Source of the DNA: a virus
Taxonomy: Duplodnaviria > Caudoviricetes
IMG/VR virus record: IMGVR_UViG_3300014019_000001
Location: 1 to 64,000 of that record
Reading direction: 5' to 3' (one strand)
Length of the DNA: 64,000 nt
The translations under genes and the position numbers were made by a program. This document shows positions 54,870-63,691 of this stretch, piece after piece (positions within the stretch are counted from its first letter, which is position 1; each line of letters opens with the position of its first letter). The notes beneath the pieces are model-generated. The model did not search any database, was not told where the DNA came from, and saw nothing but the letters and a program-made list of their open reading frames with translations.

Positions 54870-55309
54870 CAATCGACACTCCACGTTTTCACGATTTCTT
54901 CCACGGATTCGAACTTCATTGGCGCCTTGCCTTCCTCGATCACCGTGAGGATGTCGCTGCAATGGATCAGGGCGAAGCGCATACGGCGCTCGGCATTCGT
55001 GATCCACGGCTGCGTCTTGAGCGGCAGGTGGTTCATGGGCCAGGAGGCGACATCGCGGATCTTCTCGGCATCATGCTTCATACGCTCCTGATAATGGGCG
55101 TCACGGATTTGCTTCTTCTTCAGGGCGCGCTCGTTGAGGAGATCGGCGAGACGCCGGCCGGGATCTGCCGCCCGTGCTGCTTCTTGCGTCAGGGCACGCA
55201 CGTCCTCGGGGCTGAGAAGCATGAATTCGCGGAGCTCGTCCTTGATATGGGCATGCGCTGCTTTCCAGATATCGGGGCGCTGGTGCCAGGGGAGGGTGTT
55301 GTTAGACAT
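54869..55309 (-). CDS. Hypothetical protein
   Basis: Coupled ORF. Confidence 0.6.
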   Translation of the reverse strand: MSNNTLPWHQRPDIWKAAHAHIKDELREFMLLSPEDVRALTQEAARAADPGRRLADLLNERALKKKQIRDAHYQERMKHDAEKIRDVASWPMNHLPLKTQPWITNAERRMRFALIHCSDILTVIEEGKAPMKFESVEEIVKTWSVD

Positions 55310-55312
55310 GGT

Positions 55313-55768
55313 TCAGTCCACCGGAGCGAGTTGTTTCCAGATCCAGATGTCGCCGGCCTCGTCTTCGTAGCAGGTCTCGCCGTTTTCATCGGGAAGCGGC
55401 ACCTGTGTATCCCAATGGACCTTGCTCTCGCCGGCGTAGCAGGGCGTGCCGTCAGGCTTGAAGCCAGACACCGCTGCCGTCACAAGGACATGCTCGCAGA
55501 CGCCGACGATCACAGCGCCGGTTGGCGATTTGTAGCGGCTTGGCTCCTGAAGATCCGCGAGATAGTTGTTCAGCGCGTCCTCGACCTCGGTCTTCGTGAC
55601 CATTTCCATGATTTTGACCGCCTGGGATCAGGCCGTCTTCGATCTCGGATCGGTCGCTTCCCAGAATTTGTGACCGACCGGCGCCTGGTAGCCACTGCCG
55701 ATCAACTCAGCGAGGATGTGGCGGGCCAGATCGTTCGTTTCGTGGACAATCTGCTCGTCGGTTCTCAT
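55313..55768 (-). pseudogene. Gene interrupted by an in-frame TGA (55628-55630)
   Basis: MRTDEQ...DPRSKTA*SQAVKIMEMVTK... reads in a single frame. Confidence 0.5.
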
Positions 55769-56022
55769 GATGCCTTTCCTTCGATTGCTGTGCCGGCGGG
55801 GCGATAGCTGTCGTCAAATTCCGGCTGTTTGGATCGGGCGATGACGTCGCGGATCTTCATCAGCAGCTCTCGCGGGAAGATGCTCTCCACCGCCTTGCAT
55901 GCCTCCAGGTTTTCGACCGAGGCGCCACAGAGCGGGCAGGGGTTGGGCACGTCGTTGTGGCAAGGGCATCGCTTTGACGCCCAATCCACCACTTCCTTGA
56001 GCATGGCCACGGCATCAGTCAT
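55765..56022 (-). CDS. Small Cys-rich protein
   Basis: CPC..PCPLCG..C. Confidence 0.55.
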   Translation of the reverse strand: MTDAVAMLKEVVDWASKRCPCHNDVPNPCPLCGASVENLEACKAVESIFPRELLMKIRDVIARSKQPEFDDSYRPAGTAIEGKAS

Positions 56023-56222
56023 CACCAGCGTCCTTCTGTGATCATGCGCGCCTGAATGCCGTTGGCGTCGTAGTCGCCGGGACGAAGCTCCAACTGGCGC
56101 GCCGCTTCGTCGATGAAGTGGCTGTAACTCGGACCCATGCCGACGTCCGGGCATGCGTCGTCGTAGCGCTTGAGCGCCATAGCCAGTCGGAAGACGGCAA
56201 TGTTGGCGTCGACACACTTCAT
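56022..56222 (-). CDS. Hypothetical protein
   Basis: ATGA-coupled ORF. Confidence 0.5.
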   Translation of the reverse strand: MKCVDANIAVFRLAMALKRYDDACPDVGMGPSYSHFIDEAARQLELRPGDYDANGIQARMITEGRW

Positions 56223-56776
56223 GGCTTCGACTCCAGGCCCATCATCAGGGTGCAGCACTGCGACCAGGCGCGCTGCCAGAGCGTTTCGTCGCCACCACGC
56301 AGGGCGCGTTCCAGCAGCTCCTTCTTCTCGCGCAGATAGACGGGCGCGAAGCCGGGGTCGTAAAGGGCGATCGAGGACGTGTTGTCGATCAGGTCGGCGA
56401 TCTTGATGGTCTTGGTCTGGTTCGACGCCTCGGCCAGCCGGTTGAGGTTGATCTCGAAGCGCTCCTTGCGATTGCCCGCCTCCAGACCGACATTCGTCAG
56501 CGCCTGGACCTTCAAGTAGACCACGGTGCCAAACTGGTCCTCGATGTGGTCGAGGGTGATGCCGGTGTCTTCCACCACGTCATGCAGCAAGGCGGCTGCG
56601 ACGTCGGTCCAGTGATGCCCGTGGACGGTCTGCACGATGGCGGCCACGGCACGCGGATGGGCGATATAGGCTTCGCCCGTGTATTTGCGCACCTGGCGGG
56701 CACCGGTATGTGCCGCGAAGGCGAACAGATCCGCCGTCTGGATCATGCGAGATCCGAGGTTGGAATAGTGGTTCAT
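56219..56776 (-). CDS. HD-domain phosphohydrolase (RelA/SpoT hydrolase, Mesh1-like)
   Basis: AH..Q.RK.TGE.YI.HP, AALLHDVVEDT, IKIADLIDN. Confidence 0.88.
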   Translation of the reverse strand: MNHYSNLGSRMIQTADLFAFAAHTGARQVRKYTGEAYIAHPRAVAAIVQTVHGHHWTDVAAALLHDVVEDTGITLDHIEDQFGTVVYLKVQALTNVGLEAGNRKERFEINLNRLAEASNQTKTIKIADLIDNTSSIALYDPGFAPVYLREKKELLERALRGGDETLWQRAWSQCCTLMMGLESKP

Positions 56777-56949
56777 CCGAAGAACCCTCCGCAGGCGAGC
56801 ACGATCAGGGTGATGAGGGTGACGACGATCTGCACGGGCGCGCGAATGACGACCTCCTTCCCGTTCTTGGATGCTGCCGCGATCATGCCGAAGGCAAGCC
56901 ACGCGAGGATGACCCACTGCGGCCAGCCGAAGGATGCGACGTTGATCAT
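56773..56949 (-). CDS. Small two-TM protein
   Basis: GWPQ...GGFF hydrophobic. Confidence 0.6.
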   Translation of the reverse strand: MINVASFGWPQWVILAWLAFGMIAAASKNGKEVVIRAPVQIVVTLITLIVLACGGFFG

Positions 56950-57107
56950 TCCATTTCCTCTCTCGTTTTGCGCTATAGGTAAGCGCTTACTGATCATGCT
57001 CGGGGTCAAAGCGCCTTGGTCGGACAAGGCTTCCCACGAGTTTCGGGGTGCTACTGAAACGCCCTCATGCGTGACGGAGTTCGCACATACCCGCCGACAA
57101 GCTAAAC

Positions 57108-57194
57108 TGGAGTGCTGAGCAGGATTCGAACCTGCGACGCCCTTACGGGACCGGATTTGCAATCCGGCGCGTTCAACCACTTCGCTACCAGCAC
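57108..57194 (-). tRNA. tRNA with GCA (Cys) anticodon and long variable arm
   Basis: GTGCTGG/TCAGCAC acceptor, CCGGA-TTGCAAA-TCCGG, variable CCC-GTAA-GGG, GCAGG-TTCGAAT-CCTGC, U73-CCA. Confidence 0.85.
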
Positions 57195-57900
57195 GAATGA
57201 CGATGGACACAAGGCAAGCTCGAAGCTGCATCCGGTTCTCCCGGATCACTACGGGCGATCAACTCCGCAAGCCATCGTCATCTTGGCGAGCTTCCATCGC
57301 GCCTCCCCAGGTGTCTTTTTGCGACTGAGGTCTACCTGGTTACACCTGCTTGCCGTCGCTATTCAGCGCCAGCGAATTTCTCCTGGGAGAGACAGCCAAT
57401 CTCTCCTTTCTCAGCGCCGCAGATTGTCGAAGGCTTTCTCCGCTGCGCCACTACTCAGCCCGTCAATTCGGACCCAAGACCTTGTTGCCCATTCGGGCGA
57501 AACTGGCGCTCACGAGAGGAGTCGAACCTCTAGCCGGCTGGCCTGTGACTTGCGTCACTCCGACTGCTTCCGACGTCACCCGACAGCTATTCGACCCTTA
57601 TCCGGAGTCCAGATCGACATCGCCTGGAAGCTAGAGCATTGTGCGGCACTCTCTCCGCCCGTCACGATTTCACTCGTCGCCGAGGTCGCGACCCTCGGAT
57701 GCCTTAATTTTCAGCCCACGCTGGAGACATAGGATAGCTACTCCTCGCTCCGTCACTGACCAGATCAACGCCCGCCTAGAATAGGCAGAAGATCCAGAGG
57801 CTACCGGCGCCCGTGGCGCTTGGGCAGTGGGCATTATCGGCGCTTCAATTCTGGCGTTACCGCCAACTCTGACGCACCAATCTCACTTATTTCATTCCCG
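57195..57900 (-). ncRNA. Candidate large structured non-coding RNA(s)
   Basis: No credible ORF; promoter+operator upstream; many hairpins, several with GNRA loops; one T-arm+CCA module. Confidence 0.5.
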
Positions 57901-57992
57901 ACACCTCATTCGCTGTTGCTGTGCGATCTAACTAAGTGCTTACATATCTCTTATAACGCGCTTAGCGTCGGGTCACTATTGGATTCTTCAGG

Positions 57993-58346
57993 TCAGTAAT
58001 CGGAGGCGTAGAACAGGGACAGGACGCGGATGGTCACGGCGGGATCCTCCGGGTGATTGCTGCCGCTCTCCTCGTCCAAGGCGTAGTAGTCGATCTTGAA
58101 CATGAAGGGCTTGCTCTCGCCCTCAACCGTGAACGTGCCGAAATCGTGCTCATGGTAGGGATCATTGTCCTCCGGCCAGTCGTCGAAGGTTCGCAGCGCC
58201 TGGATGATCGGTGTCAGCCGCTCACGGTCAGGGCGTTCCCGCGCGAGATCGCCGGTAAGAATGCTGTGACCGTTGATCGATCTTCCGGTTGTCCGAAGCT
58301 CGTCGTTGAGATTGCGGGTGCGGATTTTCTTCTCTTCCTCTGTCAC
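57993..58346 (-). CDS. DUF3768-like protein
   Basis: IR.LND.LR, F..DNDPY.EHDFG, FKIDYY, T.RVL. Confidence 0.85.
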   Translation of the reverse strand: MTEEEKKIRTRNLNDELRTTGRSINGHSILTGDLARERPDRERLTPIIQALRTFDDWPEDNDPYHEHDFGTFTVEGESKPFMFKIDYYALDEESGSNHPEDPAVTIRVLSLFYASDY

Positions 58347-58606
58347 CACAGATCCTCGGAATAGAGCGACGGCCCCTTGCTGTCGCTGATGATTTGCTTG
58401 GCGCGCCAGGCAATACCGTATGCCTCGACGCGGTTGACGTAGCGCCCGGTGCTTGTGACAAAGCCTTGGCATTGCGGGATCATGGCCGACCCGTTCAGCC
58501 CCATAGTCTGATCCATGGTCTGGATGATCGTGTGATGGCGCGCCGGTGGTGGTAGACTGACTATGGCGCCGAAATAGACGGCGGCCGCAGCTATGCGTTC
58601 ATCCAT
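58343..58606 (-). CDS. Phage hypothetical protein
   Basis: RHH..QGFVTS.GR.V.R.EA..LYSEDLW. Confidence 0.7.
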   Translation of the reverse strand: MDERIAAAAVYFGAIVSLPPPARHHTIIQTMDQTMGLNGSAMIPQCQGFVTSTGRYVNRVEAYGIAWRAKQIISDSKGPSLYSEDLW

Positions 58607-58802
58607 TGCGAATCCTCGCTATTTCAGCCTGAACCTCTTCCAGTTGCTGTCTCAGCATCCGCTCTCGAACCATCAGCGGCGCCAGGCGCTCAAGCTCGCC
58701 AATGACCGTCTCTGCGATCTTTTGGTGGTCGTCGAAATCATCGGGAACGATTGTGGTGAACTCGATTCTGTGGTGCATGCGAACGGGCTCGTAATTGGCC
58801 AT
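58599..58802 (-). CDS. Hypothetical protein
   Basis: Coupled ORF. Confidence 0.55.
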   Translation of the reverse strand: MANYEPVRMHHRIEFTTIVPDDFDDHQKIAETVIGELERLAPLMVRERMLRQQLEEVQAEIARIRNG

Positions 58803-59284
58803 CAGAACCTCCCGAAGTTGGGGTTTGCTTGCTTCATGTCGGCGGTGAGCGCATCGACCAGCCGGGCGTGCATCTGCTCGCCGATGACCTTTGCCATCGC
58901 TAGGGAAGGGTATTCTTTGCCGACGCGGCGGTCTCCGACCCTGATGGTCCAGAAGCTGCGAGGTCCGGCTGCAGGGTTGGGGTTGCGCGGATCGTGCGCG
59001 TCACCTCTCACCCGGATGATGTCGACCTTGGCTGCCGGAAACACCTCGTTCTCGAAGGAGAAGTCTGGCGGCGATGGCGGCAGAGATCGCGGCCAGGTGA
59101 AGGACAGCTCATCGATCCAAAAATGCGTGATAGCCTTCCCGGAAAGCGTGCCGCGATCCTTGAGCTTCGTCAGGGTGAAATCGGACTTAGGATAGGGCGT
59201 TGGCAGTGCCATATCGATGATCGGCAGTTTTCTCATCTTGCCGAGGTCGTCTTCAAACTCCAGGGAGTAGCTGGTCAGAGCCAT
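58802..59284 (-). CDS. Hypothetical protein
   Basis: Coupled ORF. Confidence 0.55.
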   Translation of the reverse strand: MALTSYSLEFEDDLGKMRKLPIIDMALPTPYPKSDFTLTKLKDRGTLSGKAITHFWIDELSFTWPRSLPPSPPDFSFENEVFPAAKVDIIRVRGDAHDPRNPNPAAGPRSFWTIRVGDRRVGKEYPSLAMAKVIGEQMHARLVDALTADMKQANPNFGRF

Positions 59285-59514
59285 CTGGGCACCACATGGT
59301 CCACACGGTTGAATGGAATGAAGACCGAATTGCCATGAGTGCCCGTGTCGAGAAACAACTGCGTGTCCTGCTCGGTTTGCAGCTCCAGGAAATACTCATT
59401 CATCGACTTCAACGTGCCTTGGAAACGATGCCCCGAGAGCGTGGTGACGATCAGCTCGAAGGCTTTGCCCTTCGCCTGCGTCTCGATGTGTTTCAGAATC
59501 CGATAAGCGCTCAT
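59275..59514 (-). CDS. Sm/Hfq-like fold protein (putative)
   Basis: LIVTTLSGHRFQGTLKSMNEYFLEL (Sm1-like) and SVFIPFNRVDHV (Sm2-like). Confidence 0.5.
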   Translation of the reverse strand: MSAYRILKHIETQAKGKAFELIVTTLSGHRFQGTLKSMNEYFLELQTEQDTQLFLDTGTHGNSVFIPFNRVDHVVPRWL

Positions 59515-59723
59515 ACGTGTGCCAGCTCCCTTCTCACCCGGCGGATCTGCGAAATGACGTTCTTGATGGCGCGGCGGTTGTTATCGCCGGTAGTCTTGCG
59601 GGGAACGACGCCGGCAAGCTGGCCGCATACCCGGATGTGGTAGTGGCGGGTGCCATTCTCGATCTCCCAGTCGTCCTGCTTCTCGAGCTCCGTCATGAGG
59701 ATCGGCGGAAGGCGGTTGCTCAC
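59511..59723 (-). CDS. HicA-like small protein (putative)
   Basis: WEIENGTRHYHI...VP...RAIKNVISQIRR. Confidence 0.45.
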   Translation of the reverse strand: MSNRLPPILMTELEKQDDWEIENGTRHYHIRVCGQLAGVVPRKTTGDNNRRAIKNVISQIRRVRRELAHV

Positions 59724-59968
59724 GTCACAGCCCTCGGGAACGACACGACGTTGGTCGCCGGCTGCTCGGGCTCCTCCTTCTTGACGGGCGCGGCCGCCGG
59801 CGCCTCGATGACCTCTTCGACTTGCTCATCCGTGGGCACGACGCAGCTCGCCAAGCGCAGATAGGCGCCGCCGATCTTAACCTTCAGTATGAAGCGACCG
59901 GGCGCAGGCTGCGTGATTACGAGCCGGCCGGACGCCAGCGCTGAGTTGATCAGGTATTCGACGATCAT
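59720..59968 (-). CDS. Hypothetical protein
   Basis: RBS AAGGAG after promoter/operator. Confidence 0.6.
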   Translation of the reverse strand: MIVEYLINSALASGRLVITQPAPGRFILKVKIGGAYLRLASCVVPTDEQVEEVIEAPAAAPVKKEEPEQPATNVVSFPRAVT

Positions 59969-60035
59969 CGTTCACTCCTTCGCTAAGTCAGTTATTACTT
60001 AGTATAGCGAGAGAGTGAGCGGGTTGCGTTTGGAT

Positions 60036-60278
60036 TCAGTCGGCCGCCGCGAAACGCCGCTCCGACCAGTTGGCGAAAGCGGCGTCGGCCTTGGTCTCGG
60101 TCAGGCGCAATGCAGAATCGACGGCGTTGATGAACACGCCACGGTCGGCTTCACTGTATTCTGCAAGGCTCGCCTTGATCGGGCACTCCTCGCCGGGATG
60201 GCGCGCGGTATAGGCCCGCCGCATGGATGCAAGAAAGCCCTCGGCGGCGAACTCAAGGCGCAGGCGGCTCAAGCTCAA
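60036..60278 (-). CDS. Hypothetical protein
   Basis: ORF with RBS AAGGAG. Confidence 0.5.
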   Translation of the reverse strand: MSLSRLRLEFAAEGFLASMRRAYTARHPGEECPIKASLAEYSEADRGVFINAVDSALRLTETKADAAFANWSERRFAAAD

Positions 60279-60687
60279 GATTCAACTCCTTCAGTAGGCG
60301 GCGGACGTCGGCGTAGGTCCAGGTCTTCCTGCTCTTCGACGGCCCATAGGCTGTTTCGTTCAGGGCTATAGCGATCTCGTGTCCGTTCGCGTCCGTCTTC
60401 AATCGACGGATATTCAGAACGACCGGGGTCAGAGCCCGAAGCATTTCCTCGTGATAGGCACGTTTCGCGGCATTCATGGCTGGAATCGCCAGCGCGCCGC
60501 GCTCCTTGGCTGTCATCGGCCGGCGCAAGAGCATCATGCCCGGCGCCAGATCTTCGATCAGTGTGGGATCGATCGCCAGGAGATCTTTGATGAGGTCGAC
60601 GGCGTGCTCTGCCCCAGCCTGCATGTCGAGGCGGTCGAACGAAATCTCCTGTCGGACCGCCTCTTTGAGCCTAGTGCTTGGCGACAT
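60253..60687 (-). CDS. Protein with recombinase-type DNA-binding domain
   Basis: EIAIALNE...KTWTYADVRRLL. Confidence 0.55.
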   Translation of the reverse strand: MSPSTRLKEAVRQEISFDRLDMQAGAEHAVDLIKDLLAIDPTLIEDLAPGMMLLRRPMTAKERGALAIPAMNAAKRAYHEEMLRALTPVVLNIRRLKTDANGHEIAIALNETAYGPSKSRKTWTYADVRRLLKELNLELEPPAP

Positions 60688-60988
60688 CGATCAACTGCTC
60701 CGGCCCCACGACGCCCTCGGCGATCTCGTAGAGGATGGACATGATCTGCTCGTTCTGGAGCGCGACGCTGAGCGCCATCAGGCGCTTGCCGATTTCGAGC
60801 TGGGCGAGCTCGGTCTCACCCCACTTCTCCGGGTTCTCCTTCAAGGAACTTATTCCTGTCGAAAAGACCTCAACTTCGCCATTAACGCGAAGAATGATGC
60901 CGCAATCGCCCTCTTTGATGAGCGGCTCATCGGTTCTCGGCTTGGGGGACAGGGTGTCGAACAAGCTCGGAACTGTGGTTTGGGACAT
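60671..60988 (-). CDS. Hypothetical protein
   Basis: RBS AGGAG; start MSQTTV. Confidence 0.6.
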   Translation of the reverse strand: MSQTTVPSLFDTLSPKPRTDEPLIKEGDCGIILRVNGEVEVFSTGISSLKENPEKWGETELAQLEIGKRLMALSVALQNEQIMSILYEIAEGVVGPEQLIDVAKH

Positions 60989-61171
60989 CTGACTGCAAAC
61001 TCCTAAATTCACTCAATTTTATGTGCTTTTGTGCTTTTGCTGTTATAGCAGACGTGCATCGGGTCTTGTTGGCAATTCTACAGGTTGTTGTGAAACAAAT
61101 GAAGAACATTGTTGCCATCCTAGGATGAACGGCGTTATATGGGGTAGGTCAGAATTCCTAGTGGAGATATC

Positions 61172-61441
61172 ATGAGAGAGACGCAATTCAACGAGGAAGT
61201 GGACGCGCTGACGGAGGCCGTGCTCGTCGCCATGGAGGAACACTTCAAAATCAAAGGCTTGCACTTTGAGAGGGCGAATTTCGTCAGGGAGACGTCGGCC
61301 GACCTGGACCAGATCAGCCGGGAGGCTTACTTCTTCGGGGCGGAAACATTTCCTGACATCGAGCGCTCCGCCGTGGAACGCGTCATTCCGGCGCCGTTTC
61401 GACGACCTTCACCGCTTCCTTCAGCTCACTTTCCGTCATGA
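61172..61441 (+). CDS. Hypothetical protein
   Basis: RBS GGAG; degenerate LexA box upstream (61093-61107). Confidence 0.5.
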   Translation: MRETQFNEEVDALTEAVLVAMEEHFKIKGLHFERANFVRETSADLDQISREAYFFGAETFPDIERSAVERVIPAPFRRPSPLPSAHFPS

Positions 61442-61637
61442 GCGCGCACTGCTGGCGCTGGTAGATCACCGTTTCGCCCTTGTCGTTGAACTTGGGCGGC
61501 GCCATGCTCTCATTGATCTGCGCGACCTGACGCTCGCATTCCTTGAGGGGCAGGACGTCCAAGACTTTCGTGTCGATCCTCGGCTCGGCGGTTCCGCCGA
61601 TCATCTGCACCAGGATTATCACGCCAACAAGTTTCAT
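61383..61637 (-). CDS. Small secreted protein
   Basis: Hydrophobic N-terminus MKLVGVIILV; two Cys. Confidence 0.5.
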   Translation of the reverse strand: MKLVGVIILVQMIGGTAEPRIDTKVLDVLPLKECERQVAQINESMAPPKFNDKGETVIYQRQQCALMTESELKEAVKVVETAPE

Positions 61638-61702
61638 CTCTACCAGCCTTCGGTTCCGGAGTTGCAATGCGCGATTGTAGCCGCGCATTGCACTTGTAGG
61701 AA

Positions 61703-61999
61703 TCATGTGACGCGATTGGAAGACCAGTTTTTCTTCAATTCGCAAATTCCCCGGAGCGCGTCTTCGTGGACATAGTTCGGGTGACGATACCAGAAGGCGA
61801 GGGCCTTCTCGCAGAGCACGATTTCCTTTTCCGCCTGGCGTTTCTCGACAGGTGACGAGCGTGGATTGTCGCGAACGAATTTCAGGAAGAGGAGCTGATC
61901 GTAATGCTTCAGGTAGTGCTTGGTGCCGTTCCACTTCCAGACGTTCAATGCAGGCCGGTCAGCACCTGCAACTCGGCTCGTATCATAGAAATAGGTCAT
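61703..61999 (-). CDS. Phage hypothetical protein
   Basis: EKRQAEKEI..CEK.L.FW.RHPN motif. Confidence 0.65.
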   Translation of the reverse strand: MTYFYDTSRVAGADRPALNVWKWNGTKHYLKHYDQLLFLKFVRDNPRSSPVEKRQAEKEIVLCEKALAFWYRHPNYVHEDALRGICELKKNWSSNRVT

Positions 62000-62111
62000 A
62001 GCGTTTTCTCTCTTTAGCGATTTAGCTAATTGAAGAGTAGCGCGCTCAGACGAGGAATGCGGCTGGCTGTTGCGACGTTGGGAAGGAACCCCATGGGACG
62101 CGCCGCCCATG

Positions 62112-62140
62112 AAAAAGCCCAGGGCGCGAACCCTGGGCTT
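62112..62140 (-). terminator. Rho-independent terminator
   Basis: AAGCCCAGGG-loop-CCCTGGGCTTTTT on minus strand. Confidence 0.8.
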
Positions 62141-62166
62141 GGGGCCGAGACTGCTTGGGAGGAGGA

Positions 62167-62706
62167 TTAGTCTTCGGCCACATTCCGGACCATGAGCGGG
62201 CGCTGGGAGAGGCGCAGCGGCTGGTCCGAGAACAGATAGTCGCCGTGCCATTCGACATAGGCGTTGGTGTCGGCGGTGAAGAAGAAGATCCCCTCGGTAT
62301 TCTCGCCGTAGGCGCCGTCGTAGTCGGGCTGCTCGATCTTCTCAAGGACGGTCGTGCCGCCGACGGAGAACTTCTGCGGCGCTTCGCCGGCCATCAGGTA
62401 GCTCTTGAGCGACGTGACCTTACCCCGGATCGGGTATTCGGCGACGACGTTGCCGTAGGAGAGCAGGTAGATGTAGCCGGACATGTTCTGCTGGTTGATG
62501 CGCTCCAGGCGCTCGACCAGGTTCTTGCGCTCCAGCGACGTTTCGAGACGCGGATTGGGAATCGCGTTCATGAGACGCTGCTGGTTGCTTTCGACCTGGG
62601 CTGCGTTGCGCTGCGTGGTGGTCGGCTCGGCGGGCTCACAACCGGCGAGAACGGCAAGAGCCATGAGGCCGGCGAGCAGCGCGTAATGATGGCGGGTGCG
62701 GGACAT
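62167..62706 (-). CDS. Lipoprotein
   Basis: Lipobox LAGC; GYIYLL..G..GKVTSL.SYL..DG.YG.N..GIFFFT. Confidence 0.75.
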   Translation of the reverse strand: MSRTRHHYALLAGLMALAVLAGCEPAEPTTTQRNAAQVESNQQRLMNAIPNPRLETSLERKNLVERLERINQQNMSGYIYLLSYGNVVAEYPIRGKVTSLKSYLMAGEAPQKFSVGGTTVLEKIEQPDYDGAYGENTEGIFFFTADTNAYVEWHGDYLFSDQPLRLSQRPLMVRNVAED

Positions 62707-62715
62707 TGACGATCC

Positions 62716-63144
62716 TTAGTTCAGCTCCGCCGGCAGATCGCTCGTGCGGAAGAGGTTGCGATTGGCCATCTGGGTCTTGGCGTTGTATTCGGCGACCATC
62801 TGGGCGCGCTGACCACGGAGACCGAGGAGAACGTTGTTGAGGCGCGCCCACTCCTGGCGATCCTCGAACTTCCAGGTGGAGCGCGCACCGGCGCTCTGCT
62901 CGAAGGATGCAAGCGACGCCTCGGCCGCGCCGATCTTCACGCCGATCGCCTGAACGTCCTGGTATTGCCGTTTGAACCACTCGTAATTGTGGATCATGTT
63001 GTCGGCGTTGAAGGTGCGCTCCGCTACGCCCGAGGCGGCGCGGAAGGGCAGGGTGAGAATGCCGGCTACAGAACCGGCGATCACCAGGCCGGATACGATG
63101 CCGATGGCAGCAAGTCCGGCTACGAAGATTTCGCGGGCTTTCAA
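62716..63144 (-). CDS. Membrane-anchored coiled-coil protein
   Basis: N-terminal TM; NYEWF...YNA...ANR..F. Confidence 0.7.
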   Translation of the reverse strand: MKAREIFVAGLAAIGIVSGLVIAGSVAGILTLPFRAASGVAERTFNADNMIHNYEWFKRQYQDVQAIGVKIGAAEASLASFEQSAGARSTWKFEDRQEWARLNNVLLGLRGQRAQMVAEYNAKTQMANRNLFRTSDLPAELN

Positions 63145-63245
63145 GTTCGCTTCCTTTCAGGGCGATAGAGCATCCAAGCGCTCACCGCCAAACCGATCAG
63201 GAAGGGTCCGAGAACAGCGGCGGTGAGCGCGAGTTTCATGGTCGA

Positions 63246-63590
63246 TTAGCCGCGACGACCGACCGGGCCGCCGGCGTGAAGGCCGAAGAGGGTGGCGAGG
63301 ATCGCTTCCGGCGGAATCGTGAAGCCAGCGGTCTCGCATTCGCACGGCGGCAGTTTGGTCGAGTCGACGCCGAGCTCTTCGAGCTGGTCGGAGACCTTTT
63401 CTTCCTTCTGGGCGAGTTCGATGAGGGCGAGCTTCTGGAAGGTTTCCAGGGTGTTCTGGGACAGATCGACGTGAGCGCCGGAGCCAGCCGCCACGCGAAC
63501 GCCGAGGTCCTCGACAGCGGCAATCTGGGCACGGATTGCCGTCAGTTCGGACGACAGCTTGGACACCTGGTTGAGATCGGAAATGTGCAT
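63246..63590 (-). CDS. Hypothetical protein
   Basis: RBS AAGGAG after promoter/operator. Confidence 0.6.
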   Translation of the reverse strand: MHISDLNQVSKLSSELTAIRAQIAAVEDLGVRVAAGSGAHVDLSQNTLETFQKLALIELAQKEEKVSDQLEELGVDSTKLPPCECETAGFTIPPEAILATLFGLHAGGPVGRRG

Positions 63591-63691
63591 TCTTACGCTC
63601 CTTTTGCGTTTCGTGATGCTCGTCTAACTCATCACTTACTTACTTTATAGCGAGTCAGACGCTGGGTTACTTGTGGTTTCTGTCGGTGTTA

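Noticed and set aside
57030-57090. Hammerhead ribozyme-like CATGAG...GAAAC
   Set aside because: Core CUGAUGA is mismatched and stem III does not pair
57280-57535. Permuted two-piece tmRNA
   Set aside because: A T-arm+CCA is present but the discriminator is G, there is no G3-U70 alanine identity, and I found no convincing 5' acceptor strand or tag ORF
57112-57732. 206-aa plus-strand ORF
   Set aside because: Overlaps the tRNA in antisense, has atypical composition and no RBS
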